Assembly (NCBI GenBank): GCA_017694345.1
Contig: JADIMY010000013.1
Span: 1-53,921 of the forward strand
Direction of reading: 5' to 3'
Length of the DNA stretch: 53,921 nt
DNA from: Candidatus Onthovivens merdipullorum
GTDB taxonomy: Bacteria > Bacillota_I > Bacilli_A > RFN20 > CAG-826
Numbering within the stretch: position 1 is the first letter of the stretch; every line of letters begins with the position of its first letter. Made by a program: the position numbers and the translations under genes. The notes under the pieces were generated by a model. That model was not told where the DNA came from. It did not search any database and saw only the letters and a list, made by a program, of their open reading frames with translations. This document shows, piece after piece, positions 42,478 to 53,000 of the stretch.

Positions 42478-44134
42478 ATTTATATTTTTGTTTTCAATAA
42501 TTGGTGCTTTTTTATTAGGTAGTTGTAATAAAGCTCCTACTATTCCAAGCGAAGACAAAATTGCCCCTACTGAAACATCTTTGGAATATACAGATTATGG
42601 AGCTAGCAATGAATTAAAATTTGAACTTAATAGTTCAAAGTGGTATCGAAACGATCTCGAATTAGGTTTGCCTGATCCTTGTATTGTTTATGAAGATGGA
42701 ACATATTATATCTTTGGTACAACAGATAGAACCGGGGCAAAATCTTTTGATTGTTATTCAACAACAGATTTTTCATCTTATAAGTATTATAAAGATATTT
42801 ATGCACCAACTGATACGACATGGGGCAATGGATCATTATTCGCACCAGAAATAGTTAAAATTGATAACTTGTATTATATGTATTACAACGCATCTCACTA
42901 TGAAGATGGCGTAGATACTGAAAAAAGCGGTATTATGATTGCTGTTAGTGAAAATATTACTGGTCCATATAGAGATTATGTTGGAAAAGATGCTAATGGC
43001 AACCCTTTAGATAACTCTAAAGGTCCTATCATTCGTGATATTAACGCTAGCAATTATGGAATTTTAGATGTCACGACATTATTTGATGGTGATGACATGT
43101 ATTTATACTGGTCGATATACGAAACTAATATAATGCAATATATTGTTGGAGTAAAAATGATTGATCCAGTAACTCCTGATTGGTCGACTTATCAAGTTTT
43201 AATTAGACCAGGTGCTATAAATGCTAACGATCGTTTTGATACTACTTTATCTTGGGAAGCTTATAAAGGCTTTAGAGTTGCAGAAGGACCACAAGTTACA
43301 AAGATTAAAGATGGGCGTTATATGATTTCTTATAGTGTTAATCACTACCTTGATAAATATTACACAGTTTGCTATGCAATCGGTGATAATCCATTAGGAC
43401 CTTTTGAAAAACCTTATGTCAAAGGCGAAAACTGGTCCAATATTTTATTTGGTTATGCCGGTTTACAAAACGGAACAGTTTTTGATCAATGGGCTGGTTT
43501 TACTGGGGGATGCGGTCACCATTATATTTTCAAAGTTGGTGATCAATACATGATTGCCTATCACGCTTTTAAAAATAGAAATGATATAAGTAGTGGTCGT
43601 TGTGTTGCTATTGATTACTTGTTTTTTGATGAAGAAGGAAATCCATATGTTCATGGTCCTAGTTATAGCGCGATGCCTCTACCAGAAGCAACCAGTGGTT
43701 ATAAAAATATTGCTTTAAATGCGAAAGTTATCGCTGAAGGAACAGAAACACCTGATAGACTTAATGATAATTATATTGTTGAACACTATAATCTAGCCCA
43801 AGAAGCGAATAAAGAAGCTGATTTTAAAGGTGGTCAATATTGCTATATTCAAATCCAATTTGATAAAGAGTATACAATAGGTGGCTTAGCTATTTTTAAT
43901 AGCGCTTATTATGAAAAAGTTTTATATAGTATTGATTTTATTAATTTTGGTAACAGCAATGCTATATTAAATAGTAGTTATAACCGTCAATATGTTGAAG
44001 ATGCTAAAGAATTTGCATTCCCTTGTGGCAATTTTGCTTATGACTTTGATGACATTAAGACTAACAAAATTACAATTGGCATTAATAGTGCTTACGACTT
44101 TAGCTTAAATGAAATTATTGTTTTAGGTAAATAA
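42464..44134 (+). CDS. Lipoprotein GH43 glycoside hydrolase with a C-terminal F5/8-type-C-like binding module
   Basis: Lipobox LLGSC|N. Motifs: LPDPCIVYEDGTYYIFGTT, FAPEIVKIDNLYYMYYNA and AEGPQVTKIKDGRYMISYS. The C-terminus has RLNDNYIVEHYN...GGQYCYIQIQFDKEYTIGGLAIFN. Confidence 0.8.
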   Translation: MKLNRFIFLFSIIGAFLLGSCNKAPTIPSEDKIAPTETSLEYTDYGASNELKFELNSSKWYRNDLELGLPDPCIVYEDGTYYIFGTTDRTGAKSFDCYSTTDFSSYKYYKDIYAPTDTTWGNGSLFAPEIVKIDNLYYMYYNASHYEDGVDTEKSGIMIAVSENITGPYRDYVGKDANGNPLDNSKGPIIRDINASNYGILDVTTLFDGDDMYLYWSIYETNIMQYIVGVKMIDPVTPDWSTYQVLIRPGAINANDRFDTTLSWEAYKGFRVAEGPQVTKIKDGRYMISYSVNHYLDKYYTVCYAIGDNPLGPFEKPYVKGENWSNILFGYAGLQNGTVFDQWAGFTGGCGHHYIFKVGDQYMIAYHAFKNRNDISSGRCVAIDYLFFDEEGNPYVHGPSYSAMPLPEATSGYKNIALNAKVIAEGTETPDRLNDNYIVEHYNLAQEANKEADFKGGQYCYIQIQFDKEYTIGGLAIFNSAYYEKVLYSIDFINFGNSNAILNSSYNRQYVEDAKEFAFPCGNFAYDFDDIKTNKITIGINSAYDFSLNEIIVLGK

Positions 44135-44135
44135 T

Positions 44136-46601
44136 ATGAAAAGAATTTTAAATATATTTGTTTTGGTACCCTTTATTGGACTAGTTTCCTGCAAAAATAA
44201 TAATAATTATAAAGATGATGGTGACGTGTATGTTGAGCCAAATCCTGTTTTAGTTGACGATTCATATTTATTAAATCATGATGATTTGAATGAAGATACT
44301 TATAATAACTCGATAGTTTTACCTTCAACTGGAACAGGAGAATCTAATCAAGCCGCTGACCCTTTCATCTTGAGATATAATGGAATGTATTATTTATACG
44401 CTACAACCTCAAATCGTTTTGTTAGGGGCTATAAATCAAAAGATTTGATTAATTGGGAAAGAGTTAGAGGTAGAGGTATTGATCAAGGATTTGTCTATGA
44501 TTATTCATTAGATCCTAACGCTCCAAAAGATGCAAATCCATTTGCTCCAGAAGTTTATTATTATAATGGTTATTTTTATATGGTTTGTTCTCCTAGTGGG
44601 AAAGGACATTATATTTTAAGAAGTAATTCACCAGAAGGACCTTTTAAATCTATTGCTGGTAATATTGGTGAAGGAATTGATGGCTCATTATTTTTTGAAA
44701 GTGATGGAGAGATTTTATTTTTTAATGCTGGTGCCGGATCGATTAATGCATTAAAAATGAATGATGATTTAAAATCATTTACAGGCTATAAAATTTCTTT
44801 AAATGATAATAAAGTTGGCGGGTGGAATGAAGGACCATTTTTATTAAAATATGATGGTAATTACTACATGACTTATTGTGGTTCGCATTATCTCAGTCCA
44901 AGTTATCGAGTTGACTATTCTTTTGCTTTAGGTAGTAGTGACCCAGCTAAATCTAGTTCTTATATTAATAAAGGTCATGTTTTACTCGAAACAGATGATC
45001 CTAATTTTAATGGTTTAGGACATTCAATGACTGTTTTAGGTCCAGATTTAGATAGTTATTATATTGTATATCATAATTTAACACCAAATAATGCCCGTTA
45101 TTTAGATTTTACTAGACTTAGTTTTAATGGTTCAAGGATGGTGGCAAATAATGTTTCTAAAAATAATAATTTAGTGCCTTCTTATCCAACTTTTGAAAGT
45201 GAATCATATGGCGAAAATCTAGAAACAGTCGGTGATTTTTATTTATCAAGCGAAAGTAGCGAAGATACATTTACTTGTGAATTTAATGTTACTGGTTTTG
45301 GAAAAGCTATATTTGCCTACCATGATGAGAATAACTATAGTTATTTAACTTATAGTGATAATTTAGATTTGGGTATATATAAAGTTAAAGATGGGAAGAC
45401 CACCTTAGTTTATGAAGCAAGTTTACCTGAAAATACAAATTACGATGTAAATCATGCTTTTAGGATTTCTTATAGTAAAGGAGAGACCGATTTATTTTTT
45501 GACACCATGGAAGTTGCTAACGATATACCAAGTTACTTTACAGGTGGGAAAGTTGGTTATGATGATTATTTTGATAATGTTGGGTATGTTGCTTTTAGTA
45601 ATGTTGGTCAAGGAAGTAGTGATAAAAAAGCTTATAATTCAGACTATATTTTAGCTAATGCCTATGATGATACTTTATCCTATTTGAGGGACGGGAGTGA
45701 TTTAGTAGTAGTTGATGAAGGCGATACTTTAGATTCATATAGTTATAATTTGATTTTAAATAACGAAGGTGATAGGGCTACTTATCGAATTTATTCTTTT
45801 AATGATAGTCCTTTAGATTTGTATATTCGTATGCCTACTCTATATCAAGGAAAGAAGATTGGTCTAAGAATAGATGATGGAGAAATTAAAGAATACACAA
45901 TCAATAGCGATACATTAATTTATAAAAATGGTGATGTTTACTTTAATTTAGCGACTTTAGATTTACCTTATGGTCCTCACTATTTATCTATTTATAATGT
46001 CGGTGATAAAGTTGGATTTAGTGAATTCCAGCTAATCGAAAAAGGTGATAATGATGAATTAAATTTAACTTTAAATAGAAATCTTGACGATAGAAAATTA
46101 TCAATTATTGGTAATATTACTAAAGAAAGTGATTTTATATCTACAAGTAACGAAACAAGTAGTGGTTTTGTTTACGATGATGTAATTTATTCAGGAAATT
46201 ATGAGGCAAGTGTTACATTTAGTGTCGATAATTTAGATGATGACGGCTATGTTGGATTACTTTTTGATGCTCAACATTTTAAGAAAAATTATTCTGGTGA
46301 TGGCTCTGGAGAAAATGATCCAAATGGATTTACAGGTTATAGACTTGAGTTAGATGGTAGCAATGCTAATTTATATCATATCGATTACTTAAATAGAGAG
46401 CTAATAGATCGTACTGAATTTGAATTAAATGCTAATACTAATTACACTTTAAGAATAGTACAAAACGGCAAGAAAATAAGTTGTTATGTGAATGAAGAGT
46501 TATTATTTGAAGATGCTTATAATATTAGCTTAGATTATGGTAAAGTTGGTCTAATTAGTTCAAATATAAATGCAAAATTTTATTCTTTAGAGGCTAAATA
46601 A
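44136..46601 (+). CDS. Lipoprotein GH43-type glycoside hydrolase with beta-sandwich and LamG-like C-terminal modules, an extracellular paralog of 39134
   Basis: Lipobox LVSC|K. Motifs: AADPFILRYNGMYYLYATTS, FAPEVYYYNGYFYMVCSP, IDGSLFFESDGEILFF and WNEGPFLLKYDGNYYMTYCG. The C-terminus has GYVGLLFDAQ...YTLRIVQNGKKISCYVNEELLF. Confidence 0.8.
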   Translation: MKRILNIFVLVPFIGLVSCKNNNNYKDDGDVYVEPNPVLVDDSYLLNHDDLNEDTYNNSIVLPSTGTGESNQAADPFILRYNGMYYLYATTSNRFVRGYKSKDLINWERVRGRGIDQGFVYDYSLDPNAPKDANPFAPEVYYYNGYFYMVCSPSGKGHYILRSNSPEGPFKSIAGNIGEGIDGSLFFESDGEILFFNAGAGSINALKMNDDLKSFTGYKISLNDNKVGGWNEGPFLLKYDGNYYMTYCGSHYLSPSYRVDYSFALGSSDPAKSSSYINKGHVLLETDDPNFNGLGHSMTVLGPDLDSYYIVYHNLTPNNARYLDFTRLSFNGSRMVANNVSKNNNLVPSYPTFESESYGENLETVGDFYLSSESSEDTFTCEFNVTGFGKAIFAYHDENNYSYLTYSDNLDLGIYKVKDGKTTLVYEASLPENTNYDVNHAFRISYSKGETDLFFDTMEVANDIPSYFTGGKVGYDDYFDNVGYVAFSNVGQGSSDKKAYNSDYILANAYDDTLSYLRDGSDLVVVDEGDTLDSYSYNLILNNEGDRATYRIYSFNDSPLDLYIRMPTLYQGKKIGLRIDDGEIKEYTINSDTLIYKNGDVYFNLATLDLPYGPHYLSIYNVGDKVGFSEFQLIEKGDNDELNLTLNRNLDDRKLSIIGNITKESDFISTSNETSSGFVYDDVIYSGNYEASVTFSVDNLDDDGYVGLLFDAQHFKKNYSGDGSGENDPNGFTGYRLELDGSNANLYHIDYLNRELIDRTEFELNANTNYTLRIVQNGKKISCYVNEELLFEDAYNISLDYGKVGLISSNINAKFYSLEAK

Positions 46602-47006
46602 ATGAAATTGAAATGGATTATTTTATTATTACCTATATTAATGCTTTTTTCTTGCAATGGCGAGACGACTAATTCTAATACCACAAACGATGTTGAATTT
46701 AAATTTCAGGTAATAGCTAATGTCGATTACTATAACGGAAATAAAAATTATGTTATGTATGATGAAGAGAACGGATACTACGCTGATGTTAATTTAGGTA
46801 CTAATTTTTATATTCCTTTTAGATATAGTCCATTAAATTATCCTAATAGAGATATTGAGTTTTATATTGAAGATGAAACTATTTGTAGAATGGATACTTC
46901 TAATATTGGTAGAGTTAATACCTTAAAAAGAGGCGTTACAACTGTTTCTATCGAACCAACTTATTTTCCAGATTATAGAGTTGATATTAGAGTAAGAGTT
47001 TTATGA
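46602..47006 (+). CDS. Small lipoprotein with a Big_2-like module
   Basis: Lipobox LFSC|N. YIEDETICRMD...GVTTVSIEP parallels YEIEDETVCEID...GLTTVNARY in the next gene. Confidence 0.55.
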   Translation: MKLKWIILLLPILMLFSCNGETTNSNTTNDVEFKFQVIANVDYYNGNKNYVMYDEENGYYADVNLGTNFYIPFRYSPLNYPNRDIEFYIEDETICRMDTSNIGRVNTLKRGVTTVSIEPTYFPDYRVDIRVRVL

Positions 47007-47944
47007 GAAAAATTAAAAGCTTAATTTTCACCTTTTTAATCTTTTCAATACTTCCGATCATAGGGAGTTGTAAAGATGATAAATCTATTGATTTAGATAA
47101 ACTGAATCTATATTTTGGCGATATTAAATTATTTAAAAATCAATATGAAGAATTACCACTAAGACCAACTAGCAATAATCCTTTATTTAATGATTATGAA
47201 GATATAATTTACGAAATAGAAGATGAAACAGTTTGTGAAATCGATGAAAATGGTATCGTCCATTATTTAAATTCTGGCTTAACTACAGTAAATGCGCGAT
47301 ATGCAAATAAAGATTATTCATTTTTAGTGTATTGCCAAGATACTTATGGTTATGAAAGCGGTGTTAAATACATCGTTAATCAAATTGAAAAGAATTTAGT
47401 TAATGATGAGTGTACATTATTTATTGGTGATTCTTTTTTTGAATTTTGGAGAAACGGAAATGCCGGTGTTTTATTTAAAAATGATTTTAAAGGTTATAAC
47501 GCTTTTAATTTTGGAATTAGTGGAAGTGAAACTCACCATTGGCGCCCTATAATTTATAATGTAATCTCTGAACTTAATCCAAAAAATGTTGTTATCAATA
47601 TTGGAATAAACAATATTAATAATAGCCATGAATCATTTAGCAAAGTTAGTAAAAATTTATTAATGCTTTTTGAAGATATACATTATGTTTTTCCTAACGC
47701 AGATATTTATTATTATTCGTTAATTAAAGGGACAGGTGGTTTTGCTAGTAGTTATCAAGTTTCCAGTGAAACAAATAAATTTATTCAAAACTATATGTTA
47801 AATCGAAATTATTTACATTATTTAGATTTAAATAGTTTAATGATAGACGATTTAGACACCTATTTATTAGGTGATGGACTTCATCCTAGTGAGAAGTGTT
47901 ATCGTTTATTTAAACAACTCGCTATTGAGAATATCGAGTTTTAA
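47003..47944 (+). CDS. Lipoprotein SGNH/GDSL-family hydrolase (probable carbohydrate acetylesterase) with an N-terminal Big_2-like module
   Basis: Lipobox IIGSC|K. SGNH blocks: LFIGDSFFEFW (block I), GISGSET (II), INIGINNI (III) and GDGLHPS (V). Confidence 0.75.
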   Translation: MRKIKSLIFTFLIFSILPIIGSCKDDKSIDLDKLNLYFGDIKLFKNQYEELPLRPTSNNPLFNDYEDIIYEIEDETVCEIDENGIVHYLNSGLTTVNARYANKDYSFLVYCQDTYGYESGVKYIVNQIEKNLVNDECTLFIGDSFFEFWRNGNAGVLFKNDFKGYNAFNFGISGSETHHWRPIIYNVISELNPKNVVINIGINNINNSHESFSKVSKNLLMLFEDIHYVFPNADIYYYSLIKGTGGFASSYQVSSETNKFIQNYMLNRNYLHYLDLNSLMIDDLDTYLLGDGLHPSEKCYRLFKQLAIENIEF

Positions 47945-47946
47945 TT

Positions 47947-48414
47947 ATGAAAAAAATAATTTTAATTATTTGTTCTATATTTAGTTTAGTCAGCTGTAAC
48001 AATGAAGAAACCAACAATTTTGAAGAACCTTTTATTGATGATAGTTTTTTAAATGGAACAAGAAATATATTAGCTAGCGATTTTTATCAATATGAAGGCA
48101 ATTATTATATTTATTATTATTCTTTAATGTGTGAACCTTGTAAAGATTTAAAAGAATATATTTCTCCCTTTATAGGTGATAATGAAAATGTCTATACACT
48201 TTGCGTCCAAAGTATAAGTGATGATTTATTTTATACATTTAAACAAAAAGAAGGGAATAAAGAATACGAAGTGTATGTAAATGAAATGCTTGGTAAAAGT
48301 TCGATTGAAGATACTTATTTAATAGGAACGCCAACTTTATATGAAATAAATGAACATAAATTAATTAATGTTTATTTAGGATATCAAAGTATTTACAAAT
48401 TCTTAGGAGAATAG
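47947..48414 (+). CDS. Thioredoxin-fold lipoprotein with a CxxC motif
   Basis: Lipobox LVSC|N. The CEPC motif is encoded at 48130-48141, within YYYSLMCEPCKDLK. A candidate cis-Pro loop, LIGTPTLYE, lies at the expected distance. Confidence 0.55.
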   Translation: MKKIILIICSIFSLVSCNNEETNNFEEPFIDDSFLNGTRNILASDFYQYEGNYYIYYYSLMCEPCKDLKEYISPFIGDNENVYTLCVQSISDDLFYTFKQKEGNKEYEVYVNEMLGKSSIEDTYLIGTPTLYEINEHKLINVYLGYQSIYKFLGE

Positions 48415-48416
48415 CA

Positions 48417-50594
48417 ATGAGTATTAAGTTCGATAAAGATAAAAAATTGTTTCACCTATTTAATAAAAACTTTAGTTATTATTTTTATATTAATGATGCA
48501 AACATTTTGGAACATTTATATTTTGGAGCTTTTTTAAAAAATATTGATATTAATGAAATTACTAATTTAGGAGATTCTTGGGGTAGACACTATTTAACTA
48601 AAGATAATAAAGAAGAAGTTTATAAATCTCACTTCACTAAAGATATGAGCTATTTAGAACTTGGTTCTTTTGGAACTGTAGATAAAAGACCAGCGCCAAT
48701 TATAATTAAAAATAAAAATAATTCATATTATACCGATTTTAAATTTTTAAAATTTAAGATCTATCATAATTTAGAAGAAAAAGAAGATTTTCCATTAGTA
48801 TTTTCTAAATCAAAAGTCGATCGTTTAGAACTAACACTTAAAGAGGTTACTCGTGATATTTATTTGAAACTAAATTATGTGGTTTTAGATGATGTTAATA
48901 CAATAATTAGATATGTAAAAATAATCTCTAAAGAAGAAGGGAATTTTCTAACTAAAGTGATGTCGTTCGAACTAGATTTAGCTAAACAAAATTATAATTT
49001 AATTCATTTTTATGGTGATTGGTCGTTTGAAAGGAACCCAGAACTAATAAAAATTAATCATGGGTATACTCGCTTTTCATCATTCTTTGGTAGATCTGGT
49101 CATGAAGAAAATCCTAGCATAATTTATTTAAGAGATGATACAACTGAAGATTATGGTGAGTGTTTCTTAGTTAATTTAATTTACAGTGGGAATTTTTTAA
49201 TTGAAAATTATGTCGATCGTTACGACAATTTAAGAATTTTATGTGGAATTAACGATGAAGCCTTAGAAATACCATTAAAGAAAAATGAAGAAATTTTATT
49301 GCCACAAGTAGCATTAACTTATTCTAATAATGGCTTAACTGCTTTATCTCAATCTTCTCATAATTTTATTAGAGAACATGTTATTAGAAGTAAATTTGTT
49401 CATAAAGAAAGACCAATTTTATTAAATTCATGGGAAGGTTGTTATTTAGATTTTAATACGCAAAAAATTAAAAGATACATCGAAGGAGCTTATAAAGTAG
49501 GGGCAAATTTATTTGTTTTAGATGATGGTTGGTTTACGAATAGAAATACTGATTTTAATGGTTTAGGAGACCGGGAAATTGAAAAGGAAAAAATTAATTT
49601 AAAAGAATTGATTGATTATGCTCATTCTTTAAATATTAAATTTGGTCTATGGTTTGAACCAGAAATGATAAATCTTGGGACCGAATTATATAAGGTTCAC
49701 CCAGAATATGCTTTAAGAAAGGCTGGAGTAGACATTGGCTTATATCGACATCAATTAGTTCTTGATACATCAAACGATGAAGTTATCGATTATTTGATTA
49801 ATAAGATAAGTTATTTCCTTGATAATTTTAATATTGATTATATAAAGTGGGATCACAATAGATATTTGGCGGATGTTTATTCAAAAATTCATCCTAATGC
49901 AAGCGAAGGTTACTTATACCATTTAATTACTTTAGGTGTATATAAATTATTTAATCGTTTAACAAAAAAATATCCTGATGTTTTATTTGAGGGGTGTGCT
50001 AGTGGCGGAGGTAGATTCGATTTAGGCATGCTTTACTATACTCCACAAATTTGGTGCAGTGATGAAACTGATCCTATTCAAAGAACATACATTCAATACG
50101 GAACTAGTTTTGTTTATCCACTTTCAACAATGGGTGCCCATATTTCTAAAAACCAAATCACTTCTTATAAAACAAAAGGAGAAATTGCTCTACTAGGAAC
50201 ATATGGACTTGAACTTGATCCATATACTTTAAAAGATGACGAAATTCAAGAAATTAAAGAAATCAATGGAATTTTTAAAGAATTTCATCTTGATACAGTG
50301 GTAAATGGAGATTTATATAGATTATATAATCCATTTACTTCAAATTTATTCGGTGTAAATGTTGTTAGTAAAGATAAAAGAAAAGCAATTTTACTATTAA
50401 TAAATTATCGAAAAGATAATAACAAACATCGTTATATTAAGTTCAAAGGACTTGATGAAGGTAAAGTCTACAAAACAAATTTAGAAAATAAGTGCTATTC
50501 TGGAGACTTTTTAATGAAAAACGGTCTAAATTTGTCAAAGTGGCTCAATGAATTTGAAAGTTTCTTTGTAACTTTAAAAGAAATAGACAAATAA
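48417..50594 (+). CDS. Cytoplasmic alpha-galactosidase, GH36
   Basis: The N-terminus FDKDKKLFHLFNKNFSYYFYI...LEHLYFG is typical of the family. LNSWEGCYLDFN, FVLDDGWF, DYIKWDHNR and CASGGGRFD are canonical GH36 blocks. Confidence 0.9.
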   Translation: MSIKFDKDKKLFHLFNKNFSYYFYINDANILEHLYFGAFLKNIDINEITNLGDSWGRHYLTKDNKEEVYKSHFTKDMSYLELGSFGTVDKRPAPIIIKNKNNSYYTDFKFLKFKIYHNLEEKEDFPLVFSKSKVDRLELTLKEVTRDIYLKLNYVVLDDVNTIIRYVKIISKEEGNFLTKVMSFELDLAKQNYNLIHFYGDWSFERNPELIKINHGYTRFSSFFGRSGHEENPSIIYLRDDTTEDYGECFLVNLIYSGNFLIENYVDRYDNLRILCGINDEALEIPLKKNEEILLPQVALTYSNNGLTALSQSSHNFIREHVIRSKFVHKERPILLNSWEGCYLDFNTQKIKRYIEGAYKVGANLFVLDDGWFTNRNTDFNGLGDREIEKEKINLKELIDYAHSLNIKFGLWFEPEMINLGTELYKVHPEYALRKAGVDIGLYRHQLVLDTSNDEVIDYLINKISYFLDNFNIDYIKWDHNRYLADVYSKIHPNASEGYLYHLITLGVYKLFNRLTKKYPDVLFEGCASGGGRFDLGMLYYTPQIWCSDETDPIQRTYIQYGTSFVYPLSTMGAHISKNQITSYKTKGEIALLGTYGLELDPYTLKDDEIQEIKEINGIFKEFHLDTVVNGDLYRLYNPFTSNLFGVNVVSKDKRKAILLLINYRKDNNKHRYIKFKGLDEGKVYKTNLENKCYSGDFLMKNGLNLSKWLNEFESFFVTLKEIDK

Positions 50595-50611
50595 TAAAGG
50601 AGTTATAACAT

Positions 50612-52948
50612 ATGAAAAAATCTATTTTAGTTTGTTCTCTTGTTCTAACTGGTTTAAGTCTTAGCCTTGTAAGTTGTAAAGATGAACCTACGACAGAAGC
50701 AGAAGTTTTTACAGTTAAAGATGTAACTGTTAATCAAAATCAAACTGTTGATATTCAATTTGATACTTCAGATCCATCTTTAACTGAAAATGTTGAATAT
50801 TATTTTGAAGGAAGTAATATTCGTATTAGCGGAAATCAAGTTACTGGTTTAGTAGATGACACAGTTACAGAAGTAACCGCATTTTCAGGAGATTATGAAG
50901 ATACCTTCACTGTTACTGTTTTACCAAATTATGGCACTTTAACAGTTGATGATATTACTTTATATGCTGAAGGACCTGGAGTTGCAGCAAATCCTAGATT
51001 CTCAAATCCAAAATATGAAGAAGATGTAATTTATACATTCACTAGTGATGCTATTAAAGAAGAAGATGGAGTTTTTTACGCTTTAAAAGCAAATGAAACT
51101 GTTGAAGTTAGTGCGAAAACAAGTCACTTAGAAACTTCATTTACAGTTACAACTAAGGAATTTACAGATTATGCTGATGCTGTTAGAAGTAGAGTAACTT
51201 CATGGGAAGAAGCTGGTTCTCCTACAGGTGAAACTTTATTTATTGGCGATTCATTCTTTGATACACAATTCTGGAGCAACTTTTATACTACTTTTGGGAA
51301 ATATAGCGCTAGAACATTTGGTATAAGTGCTACAACTTCTACTGATTGGGAATATTGGCTTGACGATTTAGTTTATCCTCAAAACCCAAAAAATTTAGTA
51401 ATGCATATTGGTACAAATAATATTTATGATGATCATAAAAATGCTGAGCAAACAATTACTGAAGTTACTAGATTAATTGAAACAATTCATAACAAATTAC
51501 CTGATACTAAAATTTATTATTTTGGTATTGAACCAAGAACTTATGGCGCTAACGGTAGAAGTGTTGCTGATACAATTACTTTATTAAACGAAATAAATAC
51601 TGGTATCAAATCTTATATAAAAGATACTGAAAATGTTACATATCTTGATTCACCAGCATTATGCTATAACACTGATGGAACTGTTAAATCTGACTTCTTT
51701 AGAGATGGAACTCATCCAAAACTTGAAAACTATGATTACTACCTTGATTTATTGAATGAAGCAGGATGTGTAATTGATTTAAACGAAAATTTATCCCGTG
51801 ATATTCCTGATTTTACTAGAACTCAAGCTGATACAGTAGGTCAAAGTCAACAAATGATGTATTTAGGTGCTCCATTAAGTCGTGGTTTTATTTTAGAAGG
51901 GAAATTTGATTTAAATGGAAAAGGAAACAATGCTCACATCGAATTTAGATTTGGGACAGATTCTAATAATCGTTTCTTATTATGGGACAATGATAATAAC
52001 AATCAATTTGGATTAGGCTGGTGTGATAAAGGTGTCTATCAAAATCCAACAAATCAAGATTATACATTTGTTAATGGAGAGACACTAACAATATCATATA
52101 AGATTGTTGCATCTAGCAAAAATGTATATTTTTATATTAATGATGTTTTACTTGCTATATATGTTAATATTCCTGATGGCGCTAAAGATTTTTATTTAGG
52201 ATCTGAAAGCTGCGATATCAAATTTTACGATTTAAAAGCCATGACTTTAGTAGACGATAAAGATGAGTATTATAATGCTTTTGATACATTAAATTTAGAT
52301 AAATACGAAAATATGACTGGTAAGGAAGGGGTTGTTATTGGGCATAAATCTTCATCAATGATTGCAAGGCCAAGTGATATTGACACTGAATCATATATAG
52401 ACCCTAGCTCTACTTTTAATATCAGTGGTGCTGATAATGGCGCAGGTGGCATTTATACAGGAATTAGAGACAATGTTGTCGTTTATAATGGATTAACCTT
52501 ATTAACTGGTGATTGGAAGGTTAGTTATGATGTTCAAATATTAAATTCAGATTTTGAGCCTATAGAAGCTCCTAGTGATGCAGCGTTAGGAAGCGGCAAT
52601 TATTTTTTCTATTATGGTGTTAGTACCGCTGAAAATGAACCAAAGATGCGGGAACGCTTACAACTTTGGTGGAGGAAAACTGAGAGCGCAGTAAAAATTG
52701 GCACTCAATTGGGTGGAACCGATTTTGGTTTAGGTTTAACTGGTTACGAAAATGATTCATTTACTGATACATCATTTCATATTGAGCTCGAAAGAGAAGG
52801 TGGAGAAGTTTTCTATACAATTAATATTGGTGATGCTAGTGCCAAAGCTACTTTAACGATTGATGCAAACACTCCATTATCTATTCGGTTTGGAGCTGAA
52901 AATTTAAACGCCCAAATTTCTAATTTTCACTTCACATTAGTAGAATAA
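50612..52948 (+). CDS. Lipoprotein SGNH-family esterase with N-terminal Ig-like modules and two C-terminal LamG-like modules
   Basis: RBS AAAGGAG and lipobox LVSC|K. SGNH blocks: LFIGDSFFDTQFW, GISATTSTDW, HIGTNNIYDD and RDGTHP. LamG-like segment: FRFGTDSNNRFLLWD...VYFYINDVLLAIY. Confidence 0.75.
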   Translation: MKKSILVCSLVLTGLSLSLVSCKDEPTTEAEVFTVKDVTVNQNQTVDIQFDTSDPSLTENVEYYFEGSNIRISGNQVTGLVDDTVTEVTAFSGDYEDTFTVTVLPNYGTLTVDDITLYAEGPGVAANPRFSNPKYEEDVIYTFTSDAIKEEDGVFYALKANETVEVSAKTSHLETSFTVTTKEFTDYADAVRSRVTSWEEAGSPTGETLFIGDSFFDTQFWSNFYTTFGKYSARTFGISATTSTDWEYWLDDLVYPQNPKNLVMHIGTNNIYDDHKNAEQTITEVTRLIETIHNKLPDTKIYYFGIEPRTYGANGRSVADTITLLNEINTGIKSYIKDTENVTYLDSPALCYNTDGTVKSDFFRDGTHPKLENYDYYLDLLNEAGCVIDLNENLSRDIPDFTRTQADTVGQSQQMMYLGAPLSRGFILEGKFDLNGKGNNAHIEFRFGTDSNNRFLLWDNDNNNQFGLGWCDKGVYQNPTNQDYTFVNGETLTISYKIVASSKNVYFYINDVLLAIYVNIPDGAKDFYLGSESCDIKFYDLKAMTLVDDKDEYYNAFDTLNLDKYENMTGKEGVVIGHKSSSMIARPSDIDTESYIDPSSTFNISGADNGAGGIYTGIRDNVVVYNGLTLLTGDWKVSYDVQILNSDFEPIEAPSDAALGSGNYFFYYGVSTAENEPKMRERLQLWWRKTESAVKIGTQLGGTDFGLGLTGYENDSFTDTSFHIELEREGGEVFYTINIGDASAKATLTIDANTPLSIRFGAENLNAQISNFHFTLVE

Positions 52949-52965
52949 TTATTTGAAAAATTTAT

Positions 52966-52996
52966 ATAGGTGACCAAAAAGGTCACCTATATTTTT
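52966..52996 (+). terminator. Intrinsic terminator
   Basis: ATAGGTGACC-AAAAA-GGTCACCTAT followed by ATTTTTG. Confidence 0.8.
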
Positions 52997-53000
52997 GATT

